A DNA stretch of 64,000 nt from Candidatus Bathyarchaeota archaeon (GCA_963771885.1 CAVYVF010000023.1:32001-96000), one strand, 5' to 3'. Positions 1 to 9,945 are shown, counted from the stretch's first letter. Made by a program: numbers and translations. The notes: generated from the sequence alone by a model not told the origin.

Positions 1-1
1 G

Positions 2-304
2 CAGAACCCCCACGGCGTAGAGTCCAAGAGTCTCTACAACACGGAGCACGCTACTGTCACACACTTGTCTCTAAAGCCGGGCGAGCAGTTGAAGAGGCAC
101 ATCACCCCGACGGACGTCTTCTTCTACGTCCTCGAGGGTAGGGGCTTCGTTGAGGTCGGGGATGAGACCAAGGAGGTCGGCACCGACACACTCATCGAGA
201 GCCCGAAGGGCATTCCCCACTGCTGGTACAATAGGGGTAGTAGCCTCCTACGCTTCCTCGTCGTCAAAGTACCACGTCAGGTGGAGCCGACGAAGCTTCT
301 CTAA
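2..304 (+). CDS. Cupin-domain protein (5' end outside the window)
   Basis: Frame is open from position 2 (QNPHGVESKSLY...); cupin motifs HITPTDVFFYVLEG and SPKGIPHCWYN. Confidence 0.8.
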   Translation, partial: QNPHGVESKSLYNTEHATVTHLSLKPGEQLKRHITPTDVFFYVLEGRGFVEVGDETKEVGTDTLIESPKGIPHCWYNRGSSLLRFLVVKVPRQVEPTKLL

Positions 305-341
305 TTAGTCAAGCCCCGTTCCCGCCATAGAAACGATAAGC

Positions 342-780
342 ATGGTTGATATTGCGGGGAGTAAGGCGGCGCCTGACTTCACTCTCCCAGATCAGGACGG
401 AAAACCGTTCACAGTATCCGAGCAAAGGGGCAGAGTCGTGTGCGCGCTACCCGAAGGACTTCACCTCGGGCTGCACCCAGGAAGCGCGCCATTATAGAGA
501 CGCCTACATGGACTTCACCGAGGCGGGCGCCGTTATCGTCGGAGTGAGCACCGATAGCCAAGTGGCTTATACAAAGTACAGTAATACATACCTGCTCACC
601 TTCAGCCTGCTCAGCGACAAGGGCGCGAGGTTAAGACCTACGGCGTAGGTAGAGGCACCATCCTAGGGCGTGTGACATTCGTTACCGATAAGGGAGGCGT
701 GGTCCGCAATGCCTTCAGTTCACGGATCTACATGAAAGCATATTTCGAATAGGCTTGATAAATCGTAGAGTCGATAGAAC
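342..780 (+). pseudogene. bcp: Degenerate peroxiredoxin (BCP/PrxQ family)
   Basis: Motifs are spread across shifted frames: APDFTLPDQDGK, YPKDFTSGCTQEA...GVSTDS, YGV...GRVTFVTDKGGVVR; at least 2 frameshifts plus stops near the 3' end. Confidence 0.8.
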
Positions 781-801
781 ATTAAAAAAGGTAAGATAAT
801 T

Positions 802-1152
802 TTAGAATCCGCCTAAGCTGATCCCTAGGATTGTACCGAGTACTATCGCGATTACGATGAAGATCACGACGGTGACGATCGCGACGGCAGCGGCCTTCCC
901 CCAACCACACTCGTAATAGTGTTTGATCAGGTAGAGCGTGACCAGTAGCTGGGCAATTGAGCCTATGATGCCTCCTAGGAACATCCCGATGACGCCGTTG
1001 ACTACGCTGGAGATCACGACGATCATAATAGCATCTGTGAACTTAGCGTTGGTTGAACCAACGAGCATCCTGCCCGCAATCCAGAGGACGGGTGCCATGA
1101 TGATGGCGCCGGCGACTATACTTATCAGAAGCGAAACTATGTCGAACTCCAA
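802..1152 (-). CDS. Small multi-pass membrane protein, unknown function
   Basis: 116 aa with about 4 hydrophobic segments. Confidence 0.7.
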   Translation of the reverse strand: MEFDIVSLLISIVAGAIIMAPVLWIAGRMLVGSTNAKFTDAIMIVVISSVVNGVIGMFLGGIIGSIAQLLVTLYLIKHYYECGWGKAAAVAIVTVVIFIVIAIVLGTILGISLGGF

Positions 1153-1213
1153 TCAGAACACCTGTTTTTAGTTTCGTCTCTAGGAATAAAAGCCATTACC
1201 CGTTTTACCGATT

Positions 1214-1639
1214 CTAAGTGTCGAAAACCACCTTGACCTTGTATCCCTCGGAGGTTTTCTCCACTTTCATCATATGGTATGTAACCGCTTTGACGGCGAT
1301 GCCAACTTTGTGGGTCGCGGCGTTAAAGCGCTCGCCTCGCCCAGTCGCCTTGGCCTTTAGGTTCTCCTCATCGATGTCAACAGCTAAGATCCGTGCCGTG
1401 AGACCCTCAGCGTCGTTTAGAAAGAGTATCTCGTCGAGAAGGTTGAGTATGAGTGACTGGAGGTCTGTGCCCTCGGCATTAGCTGTGTATGTCTCCTTCT
1501 CGGCTATGCCCTCGAGTGGTGTAATGGAGTTGAGCATTCCTAGAGCGACGTTTGCCACTGCCTCCCCTATGGTGCGGCCTGTGCCCTCAACCAACAGGTC
1601 TGCGGGTGGCCCCCCAGGCGGATAGCTGTAACCAGGCAT
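1214..1639 (-). CDS. Archease (RtcB cofactor)
   Basis: ADLLVEGTG...VKAVTYH...VVFDT pattern of the archease family. Confidence 0.85.
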   Translation of the reverse strand: MPGYSYPPGGPPADLLVEGTGRTIGEAVANVALGMLNSITPLEGIAEKETYTANAEGTDLQSLILNLLDEILFLNDAEGLTARILAVDIDEENLKAKATGRGERFNAATHKVGIAVKAVTYHMMKVEKTSEGYKVKVVFDT

Positions 1640-1640
1640 T

Positions 1641-3197
1641 TTACTCCCACTCTATTGTACTCGGAGGCTTATTTGTTACATCATAGACGACCCTCGTTAC
1701 CTCTGGAATGCCGTTTGTGATCCTTGTGCTTATACGTTCTAACAGGTCCCACGGGGCGCGCGTGAAGTTGGCGGTCATAGCGTCCACGCTCTCGACTATG
1801 CGTATCGCGATCGTCCACCCGTAGGCGCGCTCATCACCTTTGACGCCCGTGCTCTTCGTGTCTGTGAGTACGGCGAAGTACTGCCACGGGACGCCGGCTA
1901 TCTCCGACTTTTCGACTTCCTCAATTACGACGGCGTCAGCCTGCCTGAGAGCGTCGAGCTTCTCCTCGGTGACCTCACCGATTATCCTTACGGCGAGGCC
2001 TGGGCCAGGGAAGGGCTGACGCCAGACGAGTTCCTTGGGTAGTCCCAGCCTCTCGCCCAAGGCGCGGACCTCGTCCTTGTAGAGGTCTTTGAGTGGCTCG
2101 ACGACTCCCTTGAATTCCATATGGAGGGGGAGGCCACCGACGTTGTGGTGAGTCTTTATGGTGTCGGCGTGGCGAGTGATGCCTGACTCTATCCTGTCGG
2201 GGTAGATTGTTCCCTGAACAAGGTAATCGGCGCCGAAGCGGCGGGCTTCATCCTCGAAGACCCTGATGAATTCCTCCCCGATGATCTTCCTTTTGCTCTC
2301 CGGATCGGTGACGCTCTTGAGGCGTTTTAAGAACCGCTCCTTGGCGTCGACAACCTTGACGTTGACGCCGGTGCGTTCCATCGCCTCTTTGACCTGGTGA
2401 GATTCGTTCATTCTCATGAGCCCGTGGTCGACATGGACCGCGATGATCTTGTCACCGAGCGCCTTTCCAACGATGGCAGCTGCCACGCTCGAGTCCACGC
2501 CTCCGCTGAGGGCGATAACGGCTTTACCGTCTCCGACCTGCTTCTTGACGAACTCTATTCCCTCCTCAACGGCATCGACTGGGCGCCAGTTGGGTTTGCA
2601 CTTGCAGATCTCGAAGACGAAATTGCGGAGCATCAGGTCACCGTGAGTGGTATGTTTGACCTCGGGATGCCACTGTAGGCCGTAGACGCCTTTCTCAGGG
2701 TAGGCGAAGGCTGCGACTGGGGCAGAGTCGGTATGGGCGAGGACGTTGAAGCAGCGGGGCAGGCTGAAAACCGTGTCACCGTGGCTCATCCAGACTGGCT
2801 CCTTGACCTCCATGCCTTTTAGTATGCCCTCAGCCCTGTCGATGTAGGCGGTGCGCGAGCCATACTCCTTGACCGTGCCCTTCTTGACGTCTCCCTTGTG
2901 TATCTGAGCTAGGAGCTGGTGGCCGTAGCAGAGCCCAAGGACGGGGACGCCAAGATTTAGAATCTCCTCGTCGAGCCTAAGAGCGTTCTGAGCGTTAACG
3001 CTGCTCGGGCTCCCCGAGAGTATAACACCCCTCAGCCTCATGACCTTGCTCAGCACCTTAACCTCATCCACGGAAGCGTCGCTGGGTAGAATCTCGGAGT
3101 AGACCTTCATCTCACGCACGCGGCGGGCGATGAGGTGGCAGTATTGGCCTCCGAAGTCGAGGATTACGATCCCATCGGGAAGCTGATCCTTGGGCAT
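1641..3197 (-). CDS. guaA: GMP synthase (glutamine-hydrolysing), fused GATase + ATPPase
   Basis: ILDFGGQY, GLCYGHQ, QWHPEV, ALSGGVDS, IKTHHNVGG, PFPGPGLAVR, KPPSTIEWE; likely start ATG at 3197. Confidence 0.97.
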   Translation of the reverse strand: MPKDQLPDGIVILDFGGQYCHLIARRVREMKVYSEILPSDASVDEVKVLSKVMRLRGVILSGSPSSVNAQNALRLDEEILNLGVPVLGLCYGHQLLAQIHKGDVKKGTVKEYGSRTAYIDRAEGILKGMEVKEPVWMSHGDTVFSLPRCFNVLAHTDSAPVAAFAYPEKGVYGLQWHPEVKHTTHGDLMLRNFVFEICKCKPNWRPVDAVEEGIEFVKKQVGDGKAVIALSGGVDSSVAAAIVGKALGDKIIAVHVDHGLMRMNESHQVKEAMERTGVNVKVVDAKERFLKRLKSVTDPESKRKIIGEEFIRVFEDEARRFGADYLVQGTIYPDRIESGITRHADTIKTHHNVGGLPLHMEFKGVVEPLKDLYKDEVRALGERLGLPKELVWRQPFPGPGLAVRIIGEVTEEKLDALRQADAVVIEEVEKSEIAGVPWQYFAVLTDTKSTGVKGDERAYGWTIAIRIVESVDAMTANFTRAPWDLLERISTRITNGIPEVTRVVYDVTNKPPSTIEWE

Positions 3198-3255
3198 TGA
3201 TAGAGACAACTCGAATCTCTCTATATGGGTTTTGTTGCTCGGATATGCAACACGA

Positions 3256-4134
3256 CTATTTGGCGTATGCCTCAACAAGGTCGCGCGCCGTGATTATACC
3301 AACTAGCTCCTCTTCCTCGACCAAAGGTAGACGCCTGACGTGCTTGTCAGCCATGATGTAAGCGGCCTCGTAGACGCTTATCCAGGCGGGGGCAACTATG
3401 AGCGGCGTTGAGGCATGATCCTTCACTGGACAATCTAGGGATTTTCCCTCTGTGAGGAAGGTTGTGAGTAGGTCTCGCTCAGTGAATATGCCCTTCGGCT
3501 TGCCGTATGTGGTGACAATAACGCTCCCTATGCGCGCCTTTCCCATGGTGACGGCGATGTCTGCGACTGATGTGCCTTCGTCAACGGTCACGACCTCGGT
3601 AGTCATGTAGTCCTCAACCTTGACTACGGTCTCGGGGACGTCAGGGAGGCTTCTAATGAAGTCGGAGGCGGAGACAACACCCACGAGTTGTTCATTCTCC
3701 ATGACGGCGAGGCGCCCCTTCCTCTTCATCATAATCCGAGCGGCTTCCTTTATAGGGGCCTCCGGTGGTATCGTAACGAGGGGCCACGACATCGCGGAGC
3801 CTACACAGGTCTTCGCTGGGTCACGCTTTATAGCGAGTATCCCGCTGAGAAGGTCGCGTTCAGTCACTATACCCTTTGGTTTGGCATCGGCCACGACGAT
3901 GAGACTGCCGATGTGCTTTTTACCCATTAGCTTGGCAGCGTCCGCCATGGTCTTGTCGTCTGCGATTGTGACGACCTTGCGCGTCATGATGTCCTTAACT
4001 TGCTTGAACTGGCGCATCTGCTCATATGCGCGGTCGAATACCTTGGGGAACTCCCTTCTCAGGTCTTTCACAAACTCCAAGGAACACACCCATGAAATGA
4101 CTGCTGAATCTACGTTGATATCTGTAGCGGTCAC
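3256..4134 (-). CDS. CBS-domain protein (two CBS pairs)
   Basis: Repeated V-D-M-T / GIVTERDL / LVGIITARDL CBS motifs. Confidence 0.85.
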   Translation of the reverse strand: MTATDINVDSAVISWVCSLEFVKDLRREFPKVFDRAYEQMRQFKQVKDIMTRKVVTIADDKTMADAAKLMGKKHIGSLIVVADAKPKGIVTERDLLSGILAIKRDPAKTCVGSAMSWPLVTIPPEAPIKEAARIMMKRKGRLAVMENEQLVGVVSASDFIRSLPDVPETVVKVEDYMTTEVVTVDEGTSVADIAVTMGKARIGSVIVTTYGKPKGIFTERDLLTTFLTEGKSLDCPVKDHASTPLIVAPAWISVYEAAYIMADKHVRRLPLVEEEELVGIITARDLVEAYAK

Positions 4135-4182
4135 TAGTCCTCAGGTATTACGATTTAAGGGCGGGTAGAGCACGTCATACAC

Positions 4183-5415
4183 ATGAAATCCATCAGTGTA
4201 CCAGCTTGGGAGTGGTATGACTGGAAGCCCGAGACCATCACGTTCCCCGACTCATGGGACGTCCACGTCCAGAAAATGAAGGGACACAATACCAAGGCGC
4301 TGAAGCCAAGAGAGATCGATGATAAGGTACAGCACCCTATCGGCACCAAACAGCTTAGCGAAATCTCCAAGGGGCGTAGGAAGTGTGTCATAATTTTCGA
4401 CGACATGACCCGCCCCACCAAGACGACCCTAATCCTGCCATCTATAATGGACGAGCTACACAAGGGAGGCATAAGGGATGACCAGATAGTCTTTATGATG
4501 GCGTCCGGTGCACACACGGGTAGGATGCTCTTCGACTTCCAAAAGAAGCTCGGTGAGGACATCTGCGAAAAGTACAACGTCTTTAACCACAACCCCTACG
4601 AGAGCTTCGTCGACCTCGGCAAGACCAGCCGCGGCACCCCGATACTCATAAATAAGGAGGTCATGAGCTGCGACCTCAAGGTCACGGTGAGCAGCATCAT
4701 GCCCCACTTTGGCTACGGCTTCGGCGGGGGCAGCAAGATGATCCTCCCCGGAGTAGCCGCAGTCGAGTCGATAAGTTCCAACCACGCCATACGAAAGGGA
4801 ACAGACCCCGGAAAGGTAACCACGAACGAGCGCCGCCTCGACTCCGAGGAGGCGACGGAGAAGGTCGGAGTCGACTTCGTCGTACATGCTTTACTCAACG
4901 AGGCATCTGACCCCTGCGACCTCGTCGCCGGCGACTTCATCGCAGCGCATCGCGAGGGGGTCAAGAGGGCGCGCGCCCACTACCTCACAAAGGTCGTTCC
5001 CGACGCCGACATCAGCATAGGCAACACCTACCCAATGGCAAACGAGGGCTACAAGAGCTACCATATAATGCTCGAATCCGTCCGCAAGGGTGGCGATATG
5101 GTCTATCTCCTCTATACACCCGAGGGGTGCCGCGTCCACTTCTACAACGGCCGCTTCGGCACTGACTACGGAGGCGAGGGCTGGAAGCCCGACGTATACA
5201 CGAAGAAGCCTTGGAAGATGAGACGCGTCATCTGCGTCAGCCCGACCGGCCTCATGAAGGCGGACGAGCATTACTACGGCGAGGGCTCGACGTGGGTAAA
5301 GAAGTGGGATGATGCCCTCAAACTCCTCGAAGACGCCCACAGCTCCAATGCCAAGGTCGCCATTTACCCCTGTGCCTCCATGCAGATCAGCGAAACCAAC
5401 GCCGCTAACGAGTAG
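4183..5415 (+). CDS. LarA (lactate racemase)-superfamily, nickel-pincer-dependent enzyme
   Basis: DDMTRPT, GAH, PHFGYGFGGGSKMILPG and SNH motifs, including the His/Lys residues that bind the NPN cofactor. Confidence 0.8.
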   Translation: MKSISVPAWEWYDWKPETITFPDSWDVHVQKMKGHNTKALKPREIDDKVQHPIGTKQLSEISKGRRKCVIIFDDMTRPTKTTLILPSIMDELHKGGIRDDQIVFMMASGAHTGRMLFDFQKKLGEDICEKYNVFNHNPYESFVDLGKTSRGTPILINKEVMSCDLKVTVSSIMPHFGYGFGGGSKMILPGVAAVESISSNHAIRKGTDPGKVTTNERRLDSEEATEKVGVDFVVHALLNEASDPCDLVAGDFIAAHREGVKRARAHYLTKVVPDADISIGNTYPMANEGYKSYHIMLESVRKGGDMVYLLYTPEGCRVHFYNGRFGTDYGGEGWKPDVYTKKPWKMRRVICVSPTGLMKADEHYYGEGSTWVKKWDDALKLLEDAHSSNAKVAIYPCASMQISETNAANE

Positions 5416-5497
5416 ACACACAAGGGATTACCCATCCCCGCGGCTCAAACTTCAAATCCCACCGAGACAAGATCAACCTGCCCTTATGGGTGATTCT

Positions 5498-5917
5498 ATG
5501 AGCGGAATTATTCTCGTCCGAGACATCATGGCGAAAAACGTCAAAACCGTCCGCACCGACGACAGCGCACTCGACGCCGTCGTCAAAATGAACAAGTTCG
5601 ACGTGGGAAGCGTCCTCGTCGTAAACGGGAACCGCCCAGTCGGCATCATCACTAGCAAAAACATACTCAGCCGTGTAGTAGAGTCGCGCCTCGACGCTGG
5701 AACAATCCGGGCAAAGGACATTATGAGCGCCCCTCTAATCACAGTCGAGTCCGACACGTCAATTGAAGACGCGGCTAAGCTCATGGCGCAGAAAAAGATA
5801 AAACAACTTGTCATAATGGATAGGGATAAGATACACGGGATACTCAGCACGAGCGACCTAGTCAAGGCGAACCCCACACAACTCGGGATACTACAAGAGC
5901 TCCTCAAGATCAGCTAG
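5498..5917 (+). CDS. CBS-domain protein
   Basis: VRDIMAKNV, GIITSKNI, AKDIMSAPLITV; GGTGA SD before ATG 5498. Confidence 0.85.
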   Translation: MSGIILVRDIMAKNVKTVRTDDSALDAVVKMNKFDVGSVLVVNGNRPVGIITSKNILSRVVESRLDAGTIRAKDIMSAPLITVESDTSIEDAAKLMAQKKIKQLVIMDRDKIHGILSTSDLVKANPTQLGILQELLKIS

Positions 5918-6117
5918 CTGTCGCGCTCCCCATCGAGTCAACAAGTTACATATTCTTTATATCATTACTCACAAAACACGTGGAGGATAAATCTTCTAGA
6001 GGAAATCCTCCACCAACTTATATCTGATTACTATAACGAATCCATCTGATCCTCAGCGCGCTCTCTAGCCCTCCAAAGTTTTAACAATTCAACAACCCAA
6101 TATATTGATCGGTGTTT

Positions 6118-6660
6118 ATGGCAAGGACAAAGGACACGTGGGAACGCCCAGCGACGAAACCGACCGAGTATCACTGCGTAGAGGCGCACAGGGGACGAGA
6201 GTTCATAATCAGGATGACGACCGGAACCGACGTCTTCAAGGCACTCCAGCAGTTCGCCAAAGACAAGAAGATACGCTTCGGGAAGATACACGCAGCTTTC
6301 ATGGGCGGCTTTAGCCCCGCCAAGATGTTTATGTGGACGCCCGACACCCGTGACCGCGCCAACTGGCACAACGAGACCGCCGCTAGCTTTGAGAACCTCA
6401 GCATGCTCATCAGCATGAGCGGCATGATACACACACGCATCGTCGACGGTAAACCCGAGCCCTTCCCCGCCATCCACTACGCGATAGGTGGCGCCTGGGA
6501 CGTCCCCACAGTCGGCGGACACCTCACCGAGGGCACAATAGTCAGAGGCGTCGTGGAGGTCTTCGTCACCGAGATACTCGGGATCGATGAGCTCCTCCCA
6601 TCGAACTACGACCCCGCAAAGGACGGAGCTCCCGAGGAATGGTATAAGGAAACGAAGTGA
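6118..6660 (+). CDS. PPC/DUF296-domain protein
   Basis: RMTTGTDV...LISMSGMI...GGHLTEGTIVRGVVEVFVTE pattern. Confidence 0.7.
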   Translation: MARTKDTWERPATKPTEYHCVEAHRGREFIIRMTTGTDVFKALQQFAKDKKIRFGKIHAAFMGGFSPAKMFMWTPDTRDRANWHNETAASFENLSMLISMSGMIHTRIVDGKPEPFPAIHYAIGGAWDVPTVGGHLTEGTIVRGVVEVFVTEILGIDELLPSNYDPAKDGAPEEWYKETK

Positions 6661-6903
6661 CTTCCTCTTTTATTACCTAAAACAGCTATTTTATACTTTG
6701 GTTATCAAGCTTTATTAACAGCAATTTGGTAATGTTTTATATACTTAATCAATAAATTTCATATATTAAGCTCTTTAAATATATATATTAAATAATCCCG
6801 GTTTCTCATGTAAAAATTACGCGGATAAATTTAGGAATACCATTTCTCTAGGTTGCATATCGGTTTCAGTGCACGAGGAGAACCCTCGAAAAAAGGTGGA
6901 AAA

Positions 6904-7098
6904 ATGCCCGAATGCGAGATATGCGGTGAAGAATCTGACAAGCTCATAAAGTGCAAGTCATGCGGTGCCAAGTTCTGCGAGGACTGTGGCTCTCCCATAG
7001 AGAAGCTCTGCGAGTTCTGTGCCGAGGAAGACGAGGTCGACACGGAGGATCTCGAAGACGTCGACGAGGCAATAGGGGAAGAACCCGACGACGAGTAG
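6904..7098 (+). CDS. Small Cys8 zinc-finger protein with acidic tail
   Basis: Four CxxC pairs and an E/D-rich C-terminus; GGTGGA SD. Confidence 0.7.
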   Translation: MPECEICGEESDKLIKCKSCGAKFCEDCGSPIEKLCEFCAEEDEVDTEDLEDVDEAIGEEPDDE

Positions 7099-7172
7099 TC
7101 CTCTCCTTCTCAGCCTCACTTTAAACGCTAATCAAAAAGCCTATTCGATGGGACTCACGTCTTTTCTACAGC

Positions 7173-7529
7173 ATGTCCGAGGATAAGACGAAGTACTGCC
7201 CCTACTGCGGGTCGCAAATAGAGAAAAAGTACTCCGTCTGCCCAAACTGCGGAAAGCCACAACCAGACATACAGGGCACTGAACGACCGCGCATCCCCAG
7301 GCGGAAAAACCCGATGGTCGCCGCCTTCCTCTCACTGATAATTACGGGCGCCGGTCAGATATACTTAGGGAAAATCGCGAGGGGAGTAGTCTACCTCGGA
7401 GTCGTCCTGCTCATCAGCATAACACTCGAGGGTATACTGACATTCGAAGAGATGATGCTCCTAGGCATAGCTACCTCTATAATATCCGCGTGGGACGCCT
7501 ACAGCCTCGCGAAGGAAATGAATGAGTAG
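7173..7529 (+). CDS. Zinc-ribbon + TM2-like membrane protein
   Basis: CPYCG...CPNCG followed by KNPMVAAFLSLIITGAGQIYLG. Confidence 0.8.
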   Translation: MSEDKTKYCPYCGSQIEKKYSVCPNCGKPQPDIQGTERPRIPRRKNPMVAAFLSLIITGAGQIYLGKIARGVVYLGVVLLISITLEGILTFEEMMLLGIATSIISAWDAYSLAKEMNE

Positions 7530-7581
7530 TCGCCCGAACAGAGTTTTAAGACAGCAGCGCAGGATACAAGGGATACCGACA

Positions 7582-8706
7582 TTGGATAGGGTCGACGCCG
7601 TAGTCATAGGGGCGGGCGCCGTCGGGCTCGCCATCGCCTCGGAGATCGCGCGTAGGGACAGGGACACCTTCATACTAGAGAAAGAGTCCGCTATCGGACA
7701 GGGCGCCAGCAGCAGGAACAGCGAGGTCATACATGCGGGCATCTACTACGCGACGGGCACCCTCAAGGCGAAGGTCTGCGTCAAGGCGAACCCCTTGATC
7801 TACAAGATCTGCACCGAGAACAAGGTCCCTCATAAGCGCCTCGGCAAGATCATTGTCGGAAACGGCGAATCCGAGATCAAGCAGCTCGAGGGACTCATAA
7901 GGCAGGGCAAGGCGAACGGCGTCGACGACCTCACACTCATCGACTCCGACCAGATCCATAAACTCGAGCCACTCGTCAAGGGCGACGCCGCTGTCCTCAG
8001 CCCAAGCACAGGCATCATGGACGCCCACGGGCTCATGGACTGCTACCTACGCAAGGCACGCAAGCAGAGCGGCTCAGACCCCCTCGTTCTAGACACAGAG
8101 GTCAAGGCGATAAAGAAGATACGGGATGGCTACGAGGTACACACCGTCAGTGGCGGCGAGCCCTTCAGCGTCGAGTCGCGCGTCGTCGTCAATGCAGCGG
8201 GGCTCTTCTGCGATAGAGTAGCCGGAATGGTTGGCATTAATATTGACGGGGCGAAGTACCGCCTCCACTGGTGCAAGGGTGACTACTACAGCATGAGCGG
8301 GAAGCCACCTGCTACGATGCTCGTCTACCCGCCGCCGCTCAAGGACACACTTGGGCTCGGAATTCACACCGTCCCCGACCTCACGGGGCGCCTCAAGTTC
8401 GGTCCCAACGCTTACTATGTAGACAGCCTAGACTACAAAGTCGAGTCCTCCGTTGAGCCATTCTGGAGTGACATCGTCACATACCTCCCAAGCGTCAGGA
8501 AGGAAGACCTCCGCCCGGACATGGCGGGGATACGTGCCAAGCTGCAGGGACCCGGTGAGAAGGCACGTGACTTCGTGATCGAGCACGAGGAGAAGCGCGG
8601 TTACCCCGGCTTCATCGACCTAATAGGGATTGAATCCCCCGGGTTAACGTCGTCTCCGGCAATAGCCGAGATGGTTGCGGGGATAGTAAACGAGATCCTG
8701 GACTAG
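7582..8706 (+). CDS. FAD-dependent oxidoreductase, L-2-hydroxyglutarate oxidase (LhgO) family
   Basis: VVIGAGAVG, SSRNSEVIHAGIYY, KGDYY, LGIHT, GIESPGLTSSPAIA; likely TTG start at 7582. Confidence 0.85.
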   Translation: MDRVDAVVIGAGAVGLAIASEIARRDRDTFILEKESAIGQGASSRNSEVIHAGIYYATGTLKAKVCVKANPLIYKICTENKVPHKRLGKIIVGNGESEIKQLEGLIRQGKANGVDDLTLIDSDQIHKLEPLVKGDAAVLSPSTGIMDAHGLMDCYLRKARKQSGSDPLVLDTEVKAIKKIRDGYEVHTVSGGEPFSVESRVVVNAAGLFCDRVAGMVGINIDGAKYRLHWCKGDYYSMSGKPPATMLVYPPPLKDTLGLGIHTVPDLTGRLKFGPNAYYVDSLDYKVESSVEPFWSDIVTYLPSVRKEDLRPDMAGIRAKLQGPGEKARDFVIEHEEKRGYPGFIDLIGIESPGLTSSPAIAEMVAGIVNEILD

Positions 8707-8847
8707 CTCACCTACTGAAGTACGCGCATTTAGAAGCGGCAGTCCTTCACCAGGTCTCCCGGTGGACCCCCAATCCTTTAATATCCACGGTTAGCTAATC
8801 CTAAATGCACAGGTTCCATCCTTCAACGCCTCCCTAGGTGCTACACT

Positions 8848-9159
8848 ATGAAGTTTTGCGACAAATGCGGCTCCTTCATGGAGAATACACCCAGGGGATA
8901 CAGATGCCAGAAGTGCGGCTTTGAGTTTAACCCCGGCATAGTCGAGGTCTCGAGGGAGGATGAGCCGAAGGCGGAGCCCGTCTACGTCATAAAGGCGGAC
9001 GAGTCTACGAAGGTCAACCAGATCTGCCCACAGTGCGGGCATAGCGAGGCTTACCACCAGGTCAGGGTAGCCCTCGGGGAGCACGCCGGCGTCAACAGCG
9101 ACAGGTATGTTGAGAGGTTCAGGTGTGTAGCCTGCGGCTACACCTGGGTCACGAACTAA
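8848..9159 (+). CDS. Transcription factor S / RpoM-like double zinc-ribbon protein (atypical)
   Basis: MKFCDKCG...CQKCG and CPQCGHSEAY...RCVACGYTW; the RSADE motif is absent. Confidence 0.8.
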   Translation: MKFCDKCGSFMENTPRGYRCQKCGFEFNPGIVEVSREDEPKAEPVYVIKADESTKVNQICPQCGHSEAYHQVRVALGEHAGVNSDRYVERFRCVACGYTWVTN

Positions 9160-9586
9160 GCCAGTTTACCTTCACGTCGAACGGGATGCCCTGTTCCACG
9201 CTCTTTGATACCGTGCAGTAGTCCTCGTAGAGGGGGAGACACCTGTTTACTTGGTTCGTGTATTCGGGGTCAATGTCGGGAGTTATTTCTATCGAGATGC
9301 TAGTGATCCTCAGCCGCCCCTTTTCGTTTCTCGATGTCTTAGCTTGGACCCTCGTCCTCATGCCATTGACAGGAGTTCTCGTCTTCTGTAGACAGAAGAG
9401 GAGGCTCGCGCTGAGGCAGTTCCCCATCGCGGCGGCGAGCAGCATCGAGGCGTTCGGTCCTCCTCCCCCGCCGACGGGCGCGGGCTCGTCCGTTAAAAGC
9501 GTCTCGATGCCTTCCCCGAAGCTGATCTTGAAGGAATAGCCGTCGAGTTTCTCCAGCTCTACCCTCAGAGTCATCTCTTCGCTCAA
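9149..9586 (-). CDS. OsmC family protein
   Basis: DEP...GPNASMLLAAAMGNC...YCTVSKSV. Confidence 0.85.
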   Translation of the reverse strand: MSEEMTLRVELEKLDGYSFKISFGEGIETLLTDEPAPVGGGGGPNASMLLAAAMGNCLSASLLFCLQKTRTPVNGMRTRVQAKTSRNEKGRLRITSISIEITPDIDPEYTNQVNRCLPLYEDYCTVSKSVEQGIPFDVKVNWLSS

Positions 9587-9618
9587 ATTGTATCAGGATG
9601 GTTTGCGGTGACCTGGAA

Positions 9619-9864
9619 TTAAACCGCTTTCGCTCCGCCGGCACCCGGGGGTGTTTCCTCGTCCTCTGGCCGCTTGCTCTTTCCTTCGTATACGAAGCCG
9701 AAGCCGAAAAGGCAGAAGCCGACAACGACCGTCGCCCAGACGATCCACTCGTCTGAGGTGTCGCCGGTCGTCGTTATCTTGTAAACGATGGCGATGCAGA
9801 TGAGGGCGCAGAGGATGGCTCCGACGTACATGAGCTTCCACGTCATAGCCTTGTAATCCGGCAT
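9619..9864 (-). CDS. Small two-TM membrane protein
   Basis: 81 aa, two hydrophobic helices. Confidence 0.6.
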   Translation of the reverse strand: MPDYKAMTWKLMYVGAILCALICIAIVYKITTTGDTSDEWIVWATVVVGFCLFGFGFVYEGKSKRPEDEETPPGAGGAKAV

Positions 9865-9945
9865 CGGGGTCGAATAGTATCCCCCGGGTAGGGATTTAAT
9901 CTCTTCCCGATATCGTTAAAGGCACTCCCCCCATACTCTTGAGCC

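Noticed and set aside
5980..6900. Replication origin
   Set aside because: Only one ORB-like string, without a G-string, and no cdc6/orc1 gene nearby
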